This document shows, in pieces, positions 12,115-23,640 of a stretch of 33,599 nucleotides of DNA. The notes beneath the pieces are model-generated. The model was not told the origin of the DNA, ran no database searches, and saw only the letters and a program-made list of their open reading frames with translations. Made by a program: the position numbers and the translations under genes. The stretch lies in the NCBI RefSeq assembly GCF_004010195.1, contig NC_057751.1:14950172-14983770 (forward strand), read 5' to 3'. Origin of the DNA: Chiloscyllium plagiosum. Lineage: Eukaryota. How positions within the stretch are numbered: the stretch's first letter is position 1; each line of letters opens with the position of its first letter.

Positions 12115-13830
12115 AGAGAATGTACAAAGGAGGTGCAGGAATAGGACATGTTGTCCACAAAGCCCAGTTGCCAATGAACATGCTCATGACTGATCCTCTA
12201 TCTTAAGATCATACTAAGATCTCTCTCCATCCCCTTTGATACCATTAGCCTCCAAAAATCAATTTCTTTCTTAAATATATTGAGTTACTTGGCCTCCCTC
12301 CTTCTGTGGGAGCAAATTCCAATGAGTGAAGAAATTTCTTCTTATCTTAGTCCAGCGTGGTTCACCTCATATCCTGAGGCCATGCTCCCTAGTTCTCGAC
12401 CCCATGCCAGATGAGGTATCATCCCTGCATCTAATTTGTCCAGCCCTTCTCAAAGTTTGTATGGTTCAGTGACATCCTCCTGTCGTTCATCTAAACTCCA
12501 GTGAAGACAAGTCTAGTTGACCCAGTCTTTCTTCAGACAATAAATATGCCAATCCAGGAACCAGTCTAGTGAACCTTTTGCTTTTTCTTTTAATTAGGAA
12601 GTAAATCATTACTTAGATGAGGTCAAAACTGCACATAACAGTCCAGGTGAAGGCTCACAAGGAGCTGCAATGAGACTTGCTTACTCCTGTACTGAAATCA
12701 GTTTGCCTTCCTATTGCTTACTGCATCTGTATGCTTTGTTTCTGTGACTGCTGTGCAAGGACATCCAGGCCATGTTCCTTCTAAGCAGCTACTGGGAAGT
12801 TCTGTATATGTCACTTGGCATGTTGACGCATTACTTCTGCTCCTGGAAGCTGCAGCCATTCATGGACAGGAAATGACAAGGAATGTTGCACCCAGGGGCC
12901 CCTTGTACATCAACATTTCTTGATTTATCACCATTTTATTAATATTCTCCATTGCCGTTCTCTACCAAAATAGCCAGGTTCACACTGATCCACATTACAC
13001 TGCATCTGCCAGACATTTGTCCATTCTCTCAACTTGTCTAAACCACCTTGAAACCTCATTATATCCTCCCATCACTCAGAAGCCCACTAAATTTATGTCA
13101 TTGGCAAAATTGAGAAGATTTTTGATATACATTATGAATAGCTGGGGCCAAGCAATGATTCCTGTTATGCCTCACTATTCACTACTTTCCACTCCAGAAA
13201 AGAACCATTTATGTGTGTTTTCTGTTTGTGAACCAATTCTCAGGCCATGCCACAACATTACCTCTAATCCTAGATACTTAGATTTTGCTTTGATTTTATG
13301 GGGAACTTTATCAAAGGCCTTCCGAAAATCTAAATACACCAAATCCACTGATTCTCTCTCATCTATTCGACTGGTTATGTCCTCAGAAAACTCCAGTAGG
13401 TTTGTCAAACATGATTTCTCTTTCAAAAATCCGTGTTGATTTTATGTGATCCAGTTGTTATTTTCTAAGTATTCTGTTATCACATCCTTTACAATAAACT
13501 CCAGTATTTTCCCCACTACTCCTGTTCAGCTAACTAGTCTCTAATTTCTGGTTTTCTCCCTCCTTTTTTTAAATATTGGGGTTACATTTGCCACTCACCA
13601 ATGGACCAGGATTGTTCCAGAATCTAGAATTTGGGAAGATTACAACCGACATCCACTATTCCCATTGCCGCTTTCTTTAAACCCTGGGATGTAGATTATC
13701 AGGCTCTGAGGGTATGTTAGTTTCCAGTCCTGTTAATTTTTCCAGCATGTTTTTAATTAATACTAATCTTCTGCAACCCTTCTTTTACTGTCTACATGTG
13801 TTTCTCGAGTATTTTTGGAAAGTTCTGTGA
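12115..13830 (-). mobile_element. Degenerate CR1 LINE fragment
   Basis: ORF 13175-13426 contains KSCLTNLLEFSED..VDLVYLDFRKAFDKVPH. Confidence 0.88.
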
Positions 13831-13954
13831 AGGGAGAATTGAAGAAGTATTATCTTGTTCAAGACTGCCACACCCCCTTCTGTCCTTTCCACTTCCTTAT
13901 CCGTCTTGTATATATTGTAGTTTCCATTCCTGTCCATCTTAAAACCAGATCCCT

Positions 13955-14331
13955 GCTAGGGAGGGAGGTAATGTTGTGGTATTGTAAATGTTATGGGACT
14001 GGCAATCTGGAGTTCAAGGCCACTGCTCTTCACATCCCACCACAGCGGCTTCTGGAGCTTAAAATCAATGAATAAATTCGGAATACAAGGCTTCTCTTGA
14101 TAGTTGTAGTGATAAAACTGTTATTAATTTTTCTAAAAGGCCACCAGGTTTACTATAGAAAGGAAATCTGCCTGTCCTGCACAGTCTGGTCCACCTATGA
14201 TTGCAGATTCACAACAATCTGGTTAACTATTTGTGCCCTCTGAAATGACTCAGTCACTCACTTGAAGGGCATTTAGGGATTGGCAATAAATGCTCGTGTT
14301 GCCATTGGTGCTCATGAAAATGTATGAAAAA
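13955..14331 (+). mobile_element. Old SINE-like element; a related copy lies on the minus strand at about 1590-1950
   Basis: The two loci share segments (ggaaatctgc.gtcct...ctggtc..cctatga) and the gggca.ttagggat.ggcaataaatgct tail also seen near 250, 22830 and 22960. Confidence 0.55.
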
Positions 14332-15314
14332 GTGTAAAGTAACTAATTTTGTTTGTAATCCACACAGACTAACACCCAAGCTAGTTGGCTTTGCACTTCC
14401 CCTCCATCTAATTCTTTTCGCTTCCACACTATTCTTTGTTCAGTTGCTCCTTGTCTCTCAGTTTACTTCTCTCCTCTCTGCTGCTCTCTCCTGATTGCTG
14501 TTCCTTTGCCAAATACATTTAAATGTATCAGCTTTCCCCCCACAGCATTGGTTAACCTCACTGTCAGGACACTGATCCCAGGAACAACAACAACTGTTGA
14601 ATTCATTTAACACCTTTTAAATTGTAAAACATCCAAACGCACTTCACAGGTATAACCAAACAGAATTTAACACTGAGCTGCATAAGGAAATATTCAGACA
14701 ACTGACCCAAAGTGGTATGTTTTAAGGAATGATATAAAGGAAGATGAAATATCAAAGAGATTTTGGGAAGAAATTTGAGAGCTCAGGGCCATACGTAGAC
14801 AAATGGGACTTATTAAGTTTGGGATACTGAGTTGGCGTGAACGAGTTAGACGGAAGGATCTGTTTCCATGCAGAACGACTTTATGAAGGCAAGGTGGCCA
14901 TGGTGGAATGGTTAGAATTGGGAATGTGAATGAATTTGAGGTTTTCAGAGGGCTATTGGAGATTACAGAGAGAGCCTTGTGGATATTCCATGAAGGGATT
15001 TGAAAAGATGAATGAAATTTTCCAATTGAGGTGTTGTTTCACTGGAAGCCATTTACAGGTTAGAATGCAACAGGGCCAAACACAACTAAGTTAAATGTAT
15101 GATCAGGTTTTAAAATAAACAATCAAAGGATTTGCATTTATATAGCACTTTTTCCGAGGGTGTAACAAAGCACTCTGCAGTCAGTAAAATATATATGAAG
15201 TATTGCAATGCAAGAGATGTAGCCCATTTGCAGACACCAAGATCCTGTCCACATCAATGTTATAATGATCAGATCATCTATGTTTTTGTGAATCAGAATT
15301 CATCTGATGAAAGG

Positions 15315-16182
15315 TAGAAACATGAATATCATCATTCAAAATGATTGTGACCGATTATCCAACTCAGTACTCAGTTCCTGCTTTTGCTACATATCTCTTT
15401 GATCCCTTTACCCCCAAGAATTATATTTATCTCCATCTTAAAAACATGTAATGTTTTAGCCTCAACCTATTTCTGTGGCAGATCATTCTACAAGTTCATC
15501 AATGTCTGGGTGAAGACCATCGCAGTCCTAAATGACCTAACTGGTGACCTTAAACAATAAACCCTGGTTCCAAACTCTCTGGTTATTGGGATCGTCCTTC
15601 CTGCATTTACTCTGTCTAGTCCTGTTGGAATTTTACAAGTTTCTATGAGATGCCCCTTCCCCAGGCTTCTGAACTCCAGTGAATATCTGATCCAGTCTGT
15701 CTTCAGATGGCAGTCGTGCCATCCCTAGAATCAGTCTGGTAAACTATTGTTGCACTTCTACCTTAGATAGAACATCCTTCTTCAGATAAGGAGACCAAAA
15801 CTGCACATAACACTCCAGGGTGTGCTCTCACCAAGGCCTTGTACAATTGCAGCAAAACATCCTTGCTCCTGTTTTCAAATTCTTTCGTGATGAAAGCCAT
15901 CGTACCATTTGCTTCCTCCACCATCTGCTTCAAATGCAATCTTACTTTAAGCAATTGGTGTACAAGAACACCCAAGTCTCCTCCTTGCACCTTCCCCTTT
16001 CCCAATCTATTGCCCCTCAAATAATAAACTGCCTTCCTGTTTTTGTTATTAAAGAGGATAATCTTATTCTTATCTACATTAAAAGCCATCTGCCATGCGT
16101 TTGCCCACTCCCTCAACTTGTACAAATCAGACTGAAGTTCCTCTGCATCTTTCTCACAGTTTGCCTCCCCACTGAGCTTTGT
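15315..16182 (-). mobile_element. CR1 LINE 3' fragment
   Basis: ORF 15763-16125 contains WANAWQMAFNVDK and LLQLYKALVRAH. Confidence 0.88.
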
Positions 16183-16684
16183 ATGGAAAGATCATAAACT
16201 TTAACCTTGTTTCTCCCTCCACAGATGCTGTCATATCTGCCGAGAAATTTCTGTTTTTAATACATAAGATAACATTCTGTTTTAGCAAGGTCAGAATCAT
16301 AGGATTTGTGATTGTTGACTTAATATTTGGAGCATATTTGGATTCTGGACTCTGTGAAGGAAACAGTTGAAAGGCATTTAACTTGGCAGCAACTCAAACC
16401 AAACTGAAGTTTGTGAGAAAGCATGTTTTGGCAACTATACTGCAGCTTTTGAAAGATATACATGGGATGTGAATGTTGCCAGCAAGGCTGGCATCCATTG
16501 CCCATCCTGAATTGCCCTTGAGAAGCTGGTAATTGCACAATTGGAATCATGGACTGCTAAAACCACATATGCTCAGCATTGTCTGTGATGGTTCTTTGTA
16601 AAAGCAGTTCATTTACTCCTGGTTCTATGGTCTTTGCTTTTTTTTTGTCTATTCCAATAATTACTTCATTCTGTTTTGTTAGCG

Positions 16685-17127
16685 TCTATTTGAAACCATT
16701 AGCTTTTGGAGCACTGCTCCTTCATCAAACGTTAGTGAGAGAAGACTTTCGACACAGAATTTATAAGGAAAAGAGCAAAGGGTCATACACCTTATGTGCA
16801 CAAATGTGTGTTCAATTTGTTCGCATGACTTGTATAACCCTTTGATCTTTTGCTTGGAAGAAGCTAGACACAGAACTTATAAGAAAAAAGATCAAAGGAT
16901 CATACAACTCATGAACACTGGTGTGTGTTCAATTTGTTCGCATGACTTGTATAACCCTTTGATCTTTTCCTTATAAGTTCTGTGTGTAAGGTCCTCCTCT
17001 CTCACTAACACTTGAAGAAGGAGCAGCACTCTGAAAGTTAGTTTTCAAATAAACCCGTTGGGCTATAACCTGGTGTTGTGTGATTTTTGACTTTGTCCAG
17101 CCCAGTTCAATACCGACACCTTCACGT
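16685..17127. mobile_element. Palindromic PLE-derived element related to family B, with internal tandem duplication
   Basis: Inverted degenerate hammerhead motifs at 16700-16728 (-) and 17012-17040 (+). It shares the aaataaacc.gttgg.c.ataac.tggtgttgtgtgat end with the 18430-19173 element. Confidence 0.78.
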
Positions 17128-18065
17128 TTTTGATAGCCTCAATTGAATCTGCACCTTTCACACTATCGGGCACTGCATTCCAGATCCTAACCACCCACTC
17201 TGTTGAAAACGTTTCTTTATGTTGCTTCTGGTGCTTTTTTGAACTGTTTTCAATTGGCGCTCTCTTGTTCTCACCATTTTCTGCCAAAGGAAGTTTCTCC
17301 TTACCTAGTCTGTCCAGATCTCCAATCCGCTCACATAACCCAAGTTCCTCATGCCTGGAAACATACTTTTAAATATTTTTTGCTCTCTCTCTCTCTCTCT
17401 CTCTGTACTTTCTCATCGTTTCTTGTGACATTTAGGTTTCTCAGTGGCCGCATTTTTTCTGTTAGTCTCTGCTTTCTTCCTCCCAGCTGCTTTTCAGTTA
17501 TAATTTCCATGCACCTCCTGCATTGTTCTACATTTCTGTCTTTTCCCTCTTGCCTCCACAATTTAGACATGGGTTTTGATATTTGTGACAAAGGAAGTGC
17601 AGCCACATGCAACATTAAAGAAACTGTGTTGGTTGGATAAAAGGTCAAGGCTTTATGACTGATTGCAATGGGATTAATGCTCAGGTTAGCCAAAGTAGAG
17701 AGAATGTGCATATAAAAACCTGATCATGGGGAACAAGCACTTGCAAACAGATTCAGAATGCAAAAATAGTTCTTTAAAATAGAAAGAACACACAAGAAAC
17801 TGTCAAATAAAATGAAAATCTTCCATTAATCTGATTAGTTCATACAAACCAACTCAAACTAGAAGTTGATCACAGTATTAGACTGAGAGAAGATTATTAC
17901 GCTTAGGACTGAGGTATCAACAGAGGAATGTGTAAGCTTGCAGATGTAGCTATAGTAAATCTGAATTAAGGAGTCTTATTAAATGAGAGGTCAGGCAAAA
18001 GATGGAGGTAGAATAGTTTACAAGTGGCAGATAGTGATTACACCATCTAGACTTGCTGTTCGACT

Positions 18066-18708
18066 ATAAACCAGGAGGTCTCATAAAGAGATTTTCATCC
18101 TAGCACCCAGGTAACGCAATAATGCTTTGGGATGGGCTATGATTCTACCTTCCAATGATACATAAAATGATGTTTGGGTCTTTACGTGACCACAAGATCA
18201 CATGAAATAGGAACGGGGAGCTGTTTTGGTCCTTCAAGCCTGCTCTGCCATTCAATAGGATCATGGCTGATCCAACGTTGCTCACATCCACCTTCCTGCC
18301 TTTTCCCTATAACCCTTGAATCCCTATTGATCAGGAATTGATCCATCTCAGCCTTAATTATAGAGAAGAACTCTGCTCCCACAGCTCTCTGTGGCACGGA
18401 GTTCCAAAGACTCTCAACCTCTCAGAGAATGATGTGGAGGTGCCAATGATTAGACTGGGGTAGACCAAGCCAACAATCACACAACACCAAGTTTTGGTCC
18501 AACAGGTTTATTGAGAAGTATTAGCTTTCTAAGCGCTGTTCCTTCATCAGGTGCTCCCCGTTCCTATTTCATGTGATCTTGTGGTCACGTAAAGACGCAA
18601 ACATCATTTTATGTATCATTGGAAGGTGGAATCATAGCCCATCCCAAAGCATTATTGCGTTACCTGGGTGCTAGGATGAAAATCTCTTTATGAGACCTCC
18701 TGGTTTAT
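18066..18708. repeat. Near-perfect inverted duplication: 156-bp arms at 18066-18221 and 18553-18708, 331-bp spacer
   Basis: Base-by-base reverse-complement comparison shows two mismatches in 156 nt. Confidence 0.95.
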
Positions 18709-19790
18709 CGAAGACACAGAATTTAGAGCAAAAGACCACAGTGTCACGTAACTGAAACGATATATTGAACAAACCTAGATTGCTGTTAAGTCTCCCATCT
18801 TTTAGAATGAGTTGCAGGTTTCAGTTCATTACTATGTTACTCCTAGAACTTATTTCAAGTGATATTCTTGAGATAACTTAAGGTATTATAAAAAAAAGGT
18901 GACATCTCAGCTCAGACAATGCATTAAAGGTATGAGGTTCGAGTCTGTCTGTATCCCAATCTTGAGACTAGTTCTGTTTCCAAATTAGGAATTTATAAAA
19001 GGTTTGTTCAATATATTGTTTCAGTTGCATGACATTGTGGTCCTTTGCTATAAACTCTGTGTCTTATGATCCTGCTCCACAGCTACCCGATGAAGGAGCA
19101 GTGCTCCAAAAGCTAGTACTTCCAAATAAACCTGTTGGACAATAACTTGGTGTTGTGTGATCTTTAACTTTAACTCAGAGAAGAAATTCCTCCTCTTAAA
19201 GGCACCCCTTTGTTCTGACACCATGCCCTCTGGTACTAAACTCACCCATAAGGGGCAACATTCTGTCAGCATTTACTCTGTCAAGCCCCTTAGGAATCCC
19301 ATATGTTTCAATGAGCAGACTCCCAGCCTGTTTAGCCTTTGCTCATAAGACAATCCTTCCATACTGGGGATCCTCCGAGTGAACCTTTTCTGAACTACCT
19401 CCAATGAAATAAGGGGATCACAACTGCTCACAATACTCAAGATGTGCACTCACCTGCATCTTTCCAGATGCAGTAAGACTTCCCTCCACTTATACTCCAA
19501 TCCCTTGTAATAAGAGCCAATACTCCATTAGTCTTCCTGATTACTTGCTGCACCTGTATGCTAGCTTTCCATGTTTGGTGAACAATTCAGCCTGAAGTCC
19601 CTTTTCTGTTGCAACTTTCTGCAGTTTTTCCCTCATGCTCTGTGTTTTCTTTTTCTTTCCAAAATTAATAACTTCACATTTTCTAACATTATACCTATTT
19701 GCCAACCTTTTTTGCCCAATTACTTAACTTATCAATGTCTCTCTGTAAATTATTTGTATTCTTCTCCCAAAGTTGCCTTTCCACCTATTT
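18190..19790 (-). mobile_element. CR1 3' fragment (18190-18429 and 19174-19790) split by the family B element
   Basis: ORF 18182-18397 (LPQRAVGAE..IKAEMDQFL) is CR1 ORF2 C-terminus-like, and the sequence resumes after the TSD. Confidence 0.82.
18430..19173. mobile_element. Palindromic PLE-derived element, family B, inserted in a CR1 3' end
   Basis: 9-bp TSD ctcagagaa (18421-18429 and 19174-19182). Diverged inverted arms at about 18466-18776 and 19000-19171, with a tail of about 36 nt at 18430-18465. Hammerhead-like motifs lie at 18522-18550 (-) and 19084-19118 (+; tac-CCGATGA-a-GGAGC-agt-GCTCC-AAAA-GCTA-gta). Confidence 0.82.
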
Positions 19791-20349
19791 TGAACTTCAA
19801 TATAATGTAACTTGGTCCTCTGCTGTTACCTTCTCCCACCAGCCTTCGAGTACAGGAAAGGATAGGGCAGTGCACCTCCTCAAATATTGATATGTTGACT
19901 ATGATATGGAGGAAGAGCAGTTTTGGGTTATCGACACCGCATGGCAGTAGAGGAAGGATGTAAATGTGTGAGCAATTCCCTCTAGGAAGTGGAGAGGGAT
20001 GTATACCAGACTTTACAGTGAACACAGGAAGGGACATCAATGTGTAAGAAACAGAGCAGGCAATGAGACAGAGGGGTGTCCAAGGTAATGGGACATCTGC
20101 GTTGAACTTTCCTACCAGAGTATACTTGAGAACACGTCCATTGTACAAGATTCGATTCGTGTATCAATTTGTTTCCTGAACAAAATCTAATTGGGAGCAA
20201 TTCACTGTCAAAATGTTGCTCTTCCTGTCCTGTGACTTTGCAGCGGTTTAAGAGAAGCTAGCATAAATATTTAATGACGGATCAATTCCTGCAACTACCA
20301 ATTGAATTTGCCAATAGTTATTCTGTGGGGATGGCAAAGAGGGACTTAC

Positions 20350-21435
20350 AGTCAGAGTCGTGGAATCATACAGCATGGAAAAAAAACCCTTCGGTTAAAC
20401 TCATTCATGCCAACCAAGCTTCCAAAGCTAAACTAGTCCCATTTGTCTGCATTTGGTCCAAATCTTCTAAACCTTTCCTATTCATGAACCTGTCCACATG
20501 TCTTTTAAATGTTGTAATTTATCCCAGCCTCCACCACTTCCTCTGGCAGCTCATTCCACATAGGCACCACCCTCTGTGTGGAAAAAGTTGTCCTTCAGGT
20601 CCCTTTTAAAACTTTCTCCCCTCATCTTAAGAATATACCTTCTCGTCTTGAACCCCCGTACCCTACAGAATAGACCTTAGTAATTCATCTTACTTATGCT
20701 TCCCATGATTTTATAGATCTCTGAGGCTACTTCTCAACCTCTTATGGTCTAGTGAAAAAGGTCCCAGCTTCTCCTTATAATTCAAATTCTCCAAACCTAG
20801 TAACATCCTTAAATCTTTTCTGCACCCTCTCCAATTTAATCATGTCCTTCCTTTACGAGGGCGACCAGAACTACACACCAAATTTCAAATTTTGCCTCCC
20901 CAATACCCTGTAATTACCAATATTCTCTACATCTTGTATAGGGGTAACATGGCGTTCCAACTCCTATACGCAGTGGCTTGAGCAATGGAGACAAGCATGC
21001 CAAATGCTTCTTTACCACCCTGTCTACCTGTGTTGCAACTAGCAAAGAAACATTTGCCCAACCCTGAGGTCTCTGTTTGACAACACTCCAGAGGGCCTTA
21101 CCATTTATTGTATATACCCGACCCTTGTTTATTTTACCAAAATACAATATTTGGCTTTTATCCAATTTAAACTCCATCTCCCATTCCTCGGCCTATTGGT
21201 CCAATTGATCAAGATCCCTTTGCAATCTTGGATAACTTTCTTCATCATACCACTAAAATTGGTGTCACCCAGAAACTTACTAATCAGGCTTCCTGAATTC
21301 TCATCCAAATCATTTATATGAATTACAAACAACAGTGGACCCAGCACCAATCCCTGTGAAACACTGCTGGTCACAGGACTCCAGTCAGAAAAACAACCCT
21401 CCACCACCACCCTCTGTCTTCTACCTTTAAGCCAT
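20350..21435 (-). mobile_element. CR1 LINE 3' fragment
   Basis: ORF pieces VSQGLVLGPLLFVIHINDLD and MEFKLDKSQILYFGK, plus a CR1 3' UTR. Confidence 0.9.
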
Positions 21436-21597
21436 CATGGCCATTAACAACCTGTCTATTCTGGAATGACTATCACTTGTAGGGAAGTGGGAAAGTGCCC
21501 CCAATACCTCAGCACGTTCAGGATAGTTGTGAGAAATTTTGAGAGCTCCTGATTTGTGTGGTCAGTGTAATTTTTGACTGTTCTCTTTTGCCTTCAG

Positions 21598-21609
21598 GCA
21601 TGAGCAAGG
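21598..21609 (+). other. IKBKB: 5' UTR part of the first coding exon of IKBKB; implies an upstream non-coding exon that was not located
   Basis: The AG at 21596-21597 follows a pyrimidine tract and lies 12 nt upstream of the ATG. Confidence 0.75.
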
Positions 21610-21714
21610 ATGAGTCGACCGCCCTCCTCTCAGAACCTGAGCTGTGGAGCATGGGAGATGAAGGAACGATTGGGGACTGGAGGTTTTGGGAATGTCAACC
21701 GATGGACTAACAAG
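21610..21714 (+). CDS. IKBKB: IKK-beta, first coding exon (aa 1-35, includes the kinase Gly-rich loop)
   Basis: Translates to [35 protein letters not shown], matching the IKK-beta N-terminus as I recall it ([21 protein letters not shown]) better than CHUK/IKK-alpha. Polypyrimidine tract and AG acceptor (ttctcttttgccttcag) end at 21597. The ATG has A at -3. Coding length is 105 nt, followed by a phase-0 GT donor at 21715. Confidence 0.96.
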
Positions 21715-21734
21715 GTAGTGTTTGCTAAGTTTGA

Positions 21735-21928
21735 GAGAAAGTGAGGGCTGCAGATGCTGCAGATCAGAGCTGAAAATGTGTTGCTGGAAAAGCGCAGTAG
21801 GTCAGGCAGCATCCAAGGAACAGGAGAATTGACGTTTCCTGAAGAAGGGCTTATGCCCGAAACGTCGATTCTCCTGTTCCTTGGATGCTGCCTGACCTGC
21901 TGCGCTTTTCCAGCAACACATTTTCAGC
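21735..21928. mobile_element. Palindromic non-autonomous PLE-derived element, family A, copy 1
   Basis: 14-bp TSD tttgctaagtttga (21721-21734 and 21929-21942). Inverted arms 21768-21838 and 21859-21929 are 71 nt with two mismatches, both G-U in RNA. A 33-nt unpaired tail occupies 21735-21767. Confidence 0.88.
21839..21866 (+). ncRNA. Minimal hammerhead ribozyme motif, intact core, sense to IKBKB
   Basis: CTGAAGA-a-GGGC-ttat-GCCC-GAAAC-GTC, with the ACGT palindrome at helix III. Predicted cleavage is after C21866. Stem I is only about 2 bp. Confidence 0.75.
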
Positions 21929-22369
21929 TTTGCTAAGTTTGAATTGCACCAGAGCGCTTGAGTGCAGGCAGGAAAGGTTCTGAATTCTCGTTTTCCTTCC
22001 TCGTTTAGAACATTTCTTTGGAAGTTCGAGTTCTGACTTGTTTTAAACTTTTATGCATTCTGACTGGGCATGAGTAAAGTATTAAATGAATCCAGCAATG
22101 GGGGTAGAATAGAGGCAGAATGGCTATGCACTGAAAAATTCCTCTTGACAGAACATGGTTTTTCTATGGCATAAAAGTCTCACGGTTTGCTCATTATATG
22201 GTTATTTTGCGACTTATTTTATTAAGTTGTTCAGTGACTTGGTCTAATGATCCCATGACCCAAGTTCAAATCTGGACATCTGGGGACCTGAAATTAAATA
22301 ACTGCAATGACAAGCTTGAATCAGTAATAGTGACCATGAAACTAATGGAACGACTGTGGCCACAAAAGG

Positions 22370-22885
22370 AGGTCAGAAGCCAGAAATCCTGCAGCATGTA
22401 ATTCATCTCTGGATTCCCCAAAGCCTATTCGCCAGGCCCTAGTCAAGAGTGTGCTTCCCTGGATGAGTGCAACTCCAACAACACTTAGGTTTAATACCAA
22501 CAAGGAAAGTGCAATCCACTTGATTGTCACAATGTTTACAAGAAATCACTCCCTCCACCACTGATGCACAGTAACAGCAGAAGATACCATCTGTAAGATG
22601 CACTCAGAAATTCACCAAGGCTTCTTAGACAGCACCTTCCAAACCCCAACCACTACCATCACAAAGAACAACGGCAGCAGGTGGAATCAAACCCCACCAC
22701 CTGCAAGTTCCCCTGCAAGTCACGCACCATCCTGACTTGTAATTATCACCATTCGTTCAGTGTGATCGGGTCAAAATCCTGAAACTCTCTCCCAACAGCA
22801 CTGTGGATGTGCTTTCAATCGCCTGAGCAATTACAGATGGACAAGAGATGCTGGCTCAGCTAGCAATCCATGAATAAATATTTTG
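22370..22885 (+). mobile_element. 3' end of a second LINE family (CR1/L2-like); related fragment at about 400-1080
   Basis: LINE-like coding remnants and a shared 3' tail (gcaatta..gatgg.caa.a.atgctgg). Family assignment is uncertain. Confidence 0.55.
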
Positions 22886-23211
22886 AAAAAGGACACAGTT
22901 TTAACTCAGCACGTTAGTTACTTCTCAGTTGTGTAGAAGGCTCATCATCATATTTCTGTGGGCAATTAAGAATGGACAATAAATGCTGACTTTTCAATGA
23001 ATGAATAAGGGGGGAAGAAATGCTGTGATCTAGCTAAATGAGTGCTTCCTCCTTGCTTTTCTAAAATACATCAAATAATGTTAGTGCATTGTTGCTGGTG
23101 TTCGGGGACAAAAATAACCAAGTTCAAAGTGCCCCTTCAGCTCACTTAAATTTCTGCTTTGTGTTTGGCTCAATGTTCTTGGTTATCTGATGTGTGACAC
23201 TTAATTGCTCA

Positions 23212-23640
23212 GTCACAGAGCATGGAAACAGACTCTTTAGTCCAACCAGACCATGCTGAATATTTTCCTCAAAGCAAACTAGTCCCTTTTACCTGCATTT
23301 AGCCCATACTCTTCCAAACTTTTCCTATTCATGTATTAATTCAAATGTCTGTTAAATTTTGTAACTGGACCTGCATCCACCACTTCCTCTGGCAATTCAT
23401 TCCACACATGCACCACCTTTTGCGAAAACGTTGCTTCTCAAGTCCCTTTTAAATCTTTCTCCTCCAGTTTTGAACTCCCCTACAAAGGGGGAAAAAACCT
23501 TTGTTATATACCTTCCTCTTCCCCCCCCCCCCCCATTAATGATTTTATAAACCTCCTATAAGGTTTCCCTTCAGCCTCCTACTCTCCAGTGAACAAGTCC
23601 CAGCCTATGCAGCCTATGTTTATAACTCAAATCCTTTCAA
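23212..23640 (-). mobile_element. CR1 3' end
   Basis: Nucleotide similarity to 25103-25470 and 20350-20800. Confidence 0.82.

Noticed and set aside
21735..21928. MITE or DNA-transposon interpretation of the palindromes
   Set aside because: TSDs are long and variable (9-17 bp), the ends are asymmetric, fold-back points vary and single-arm copies exist, which all favour retrotransposition.
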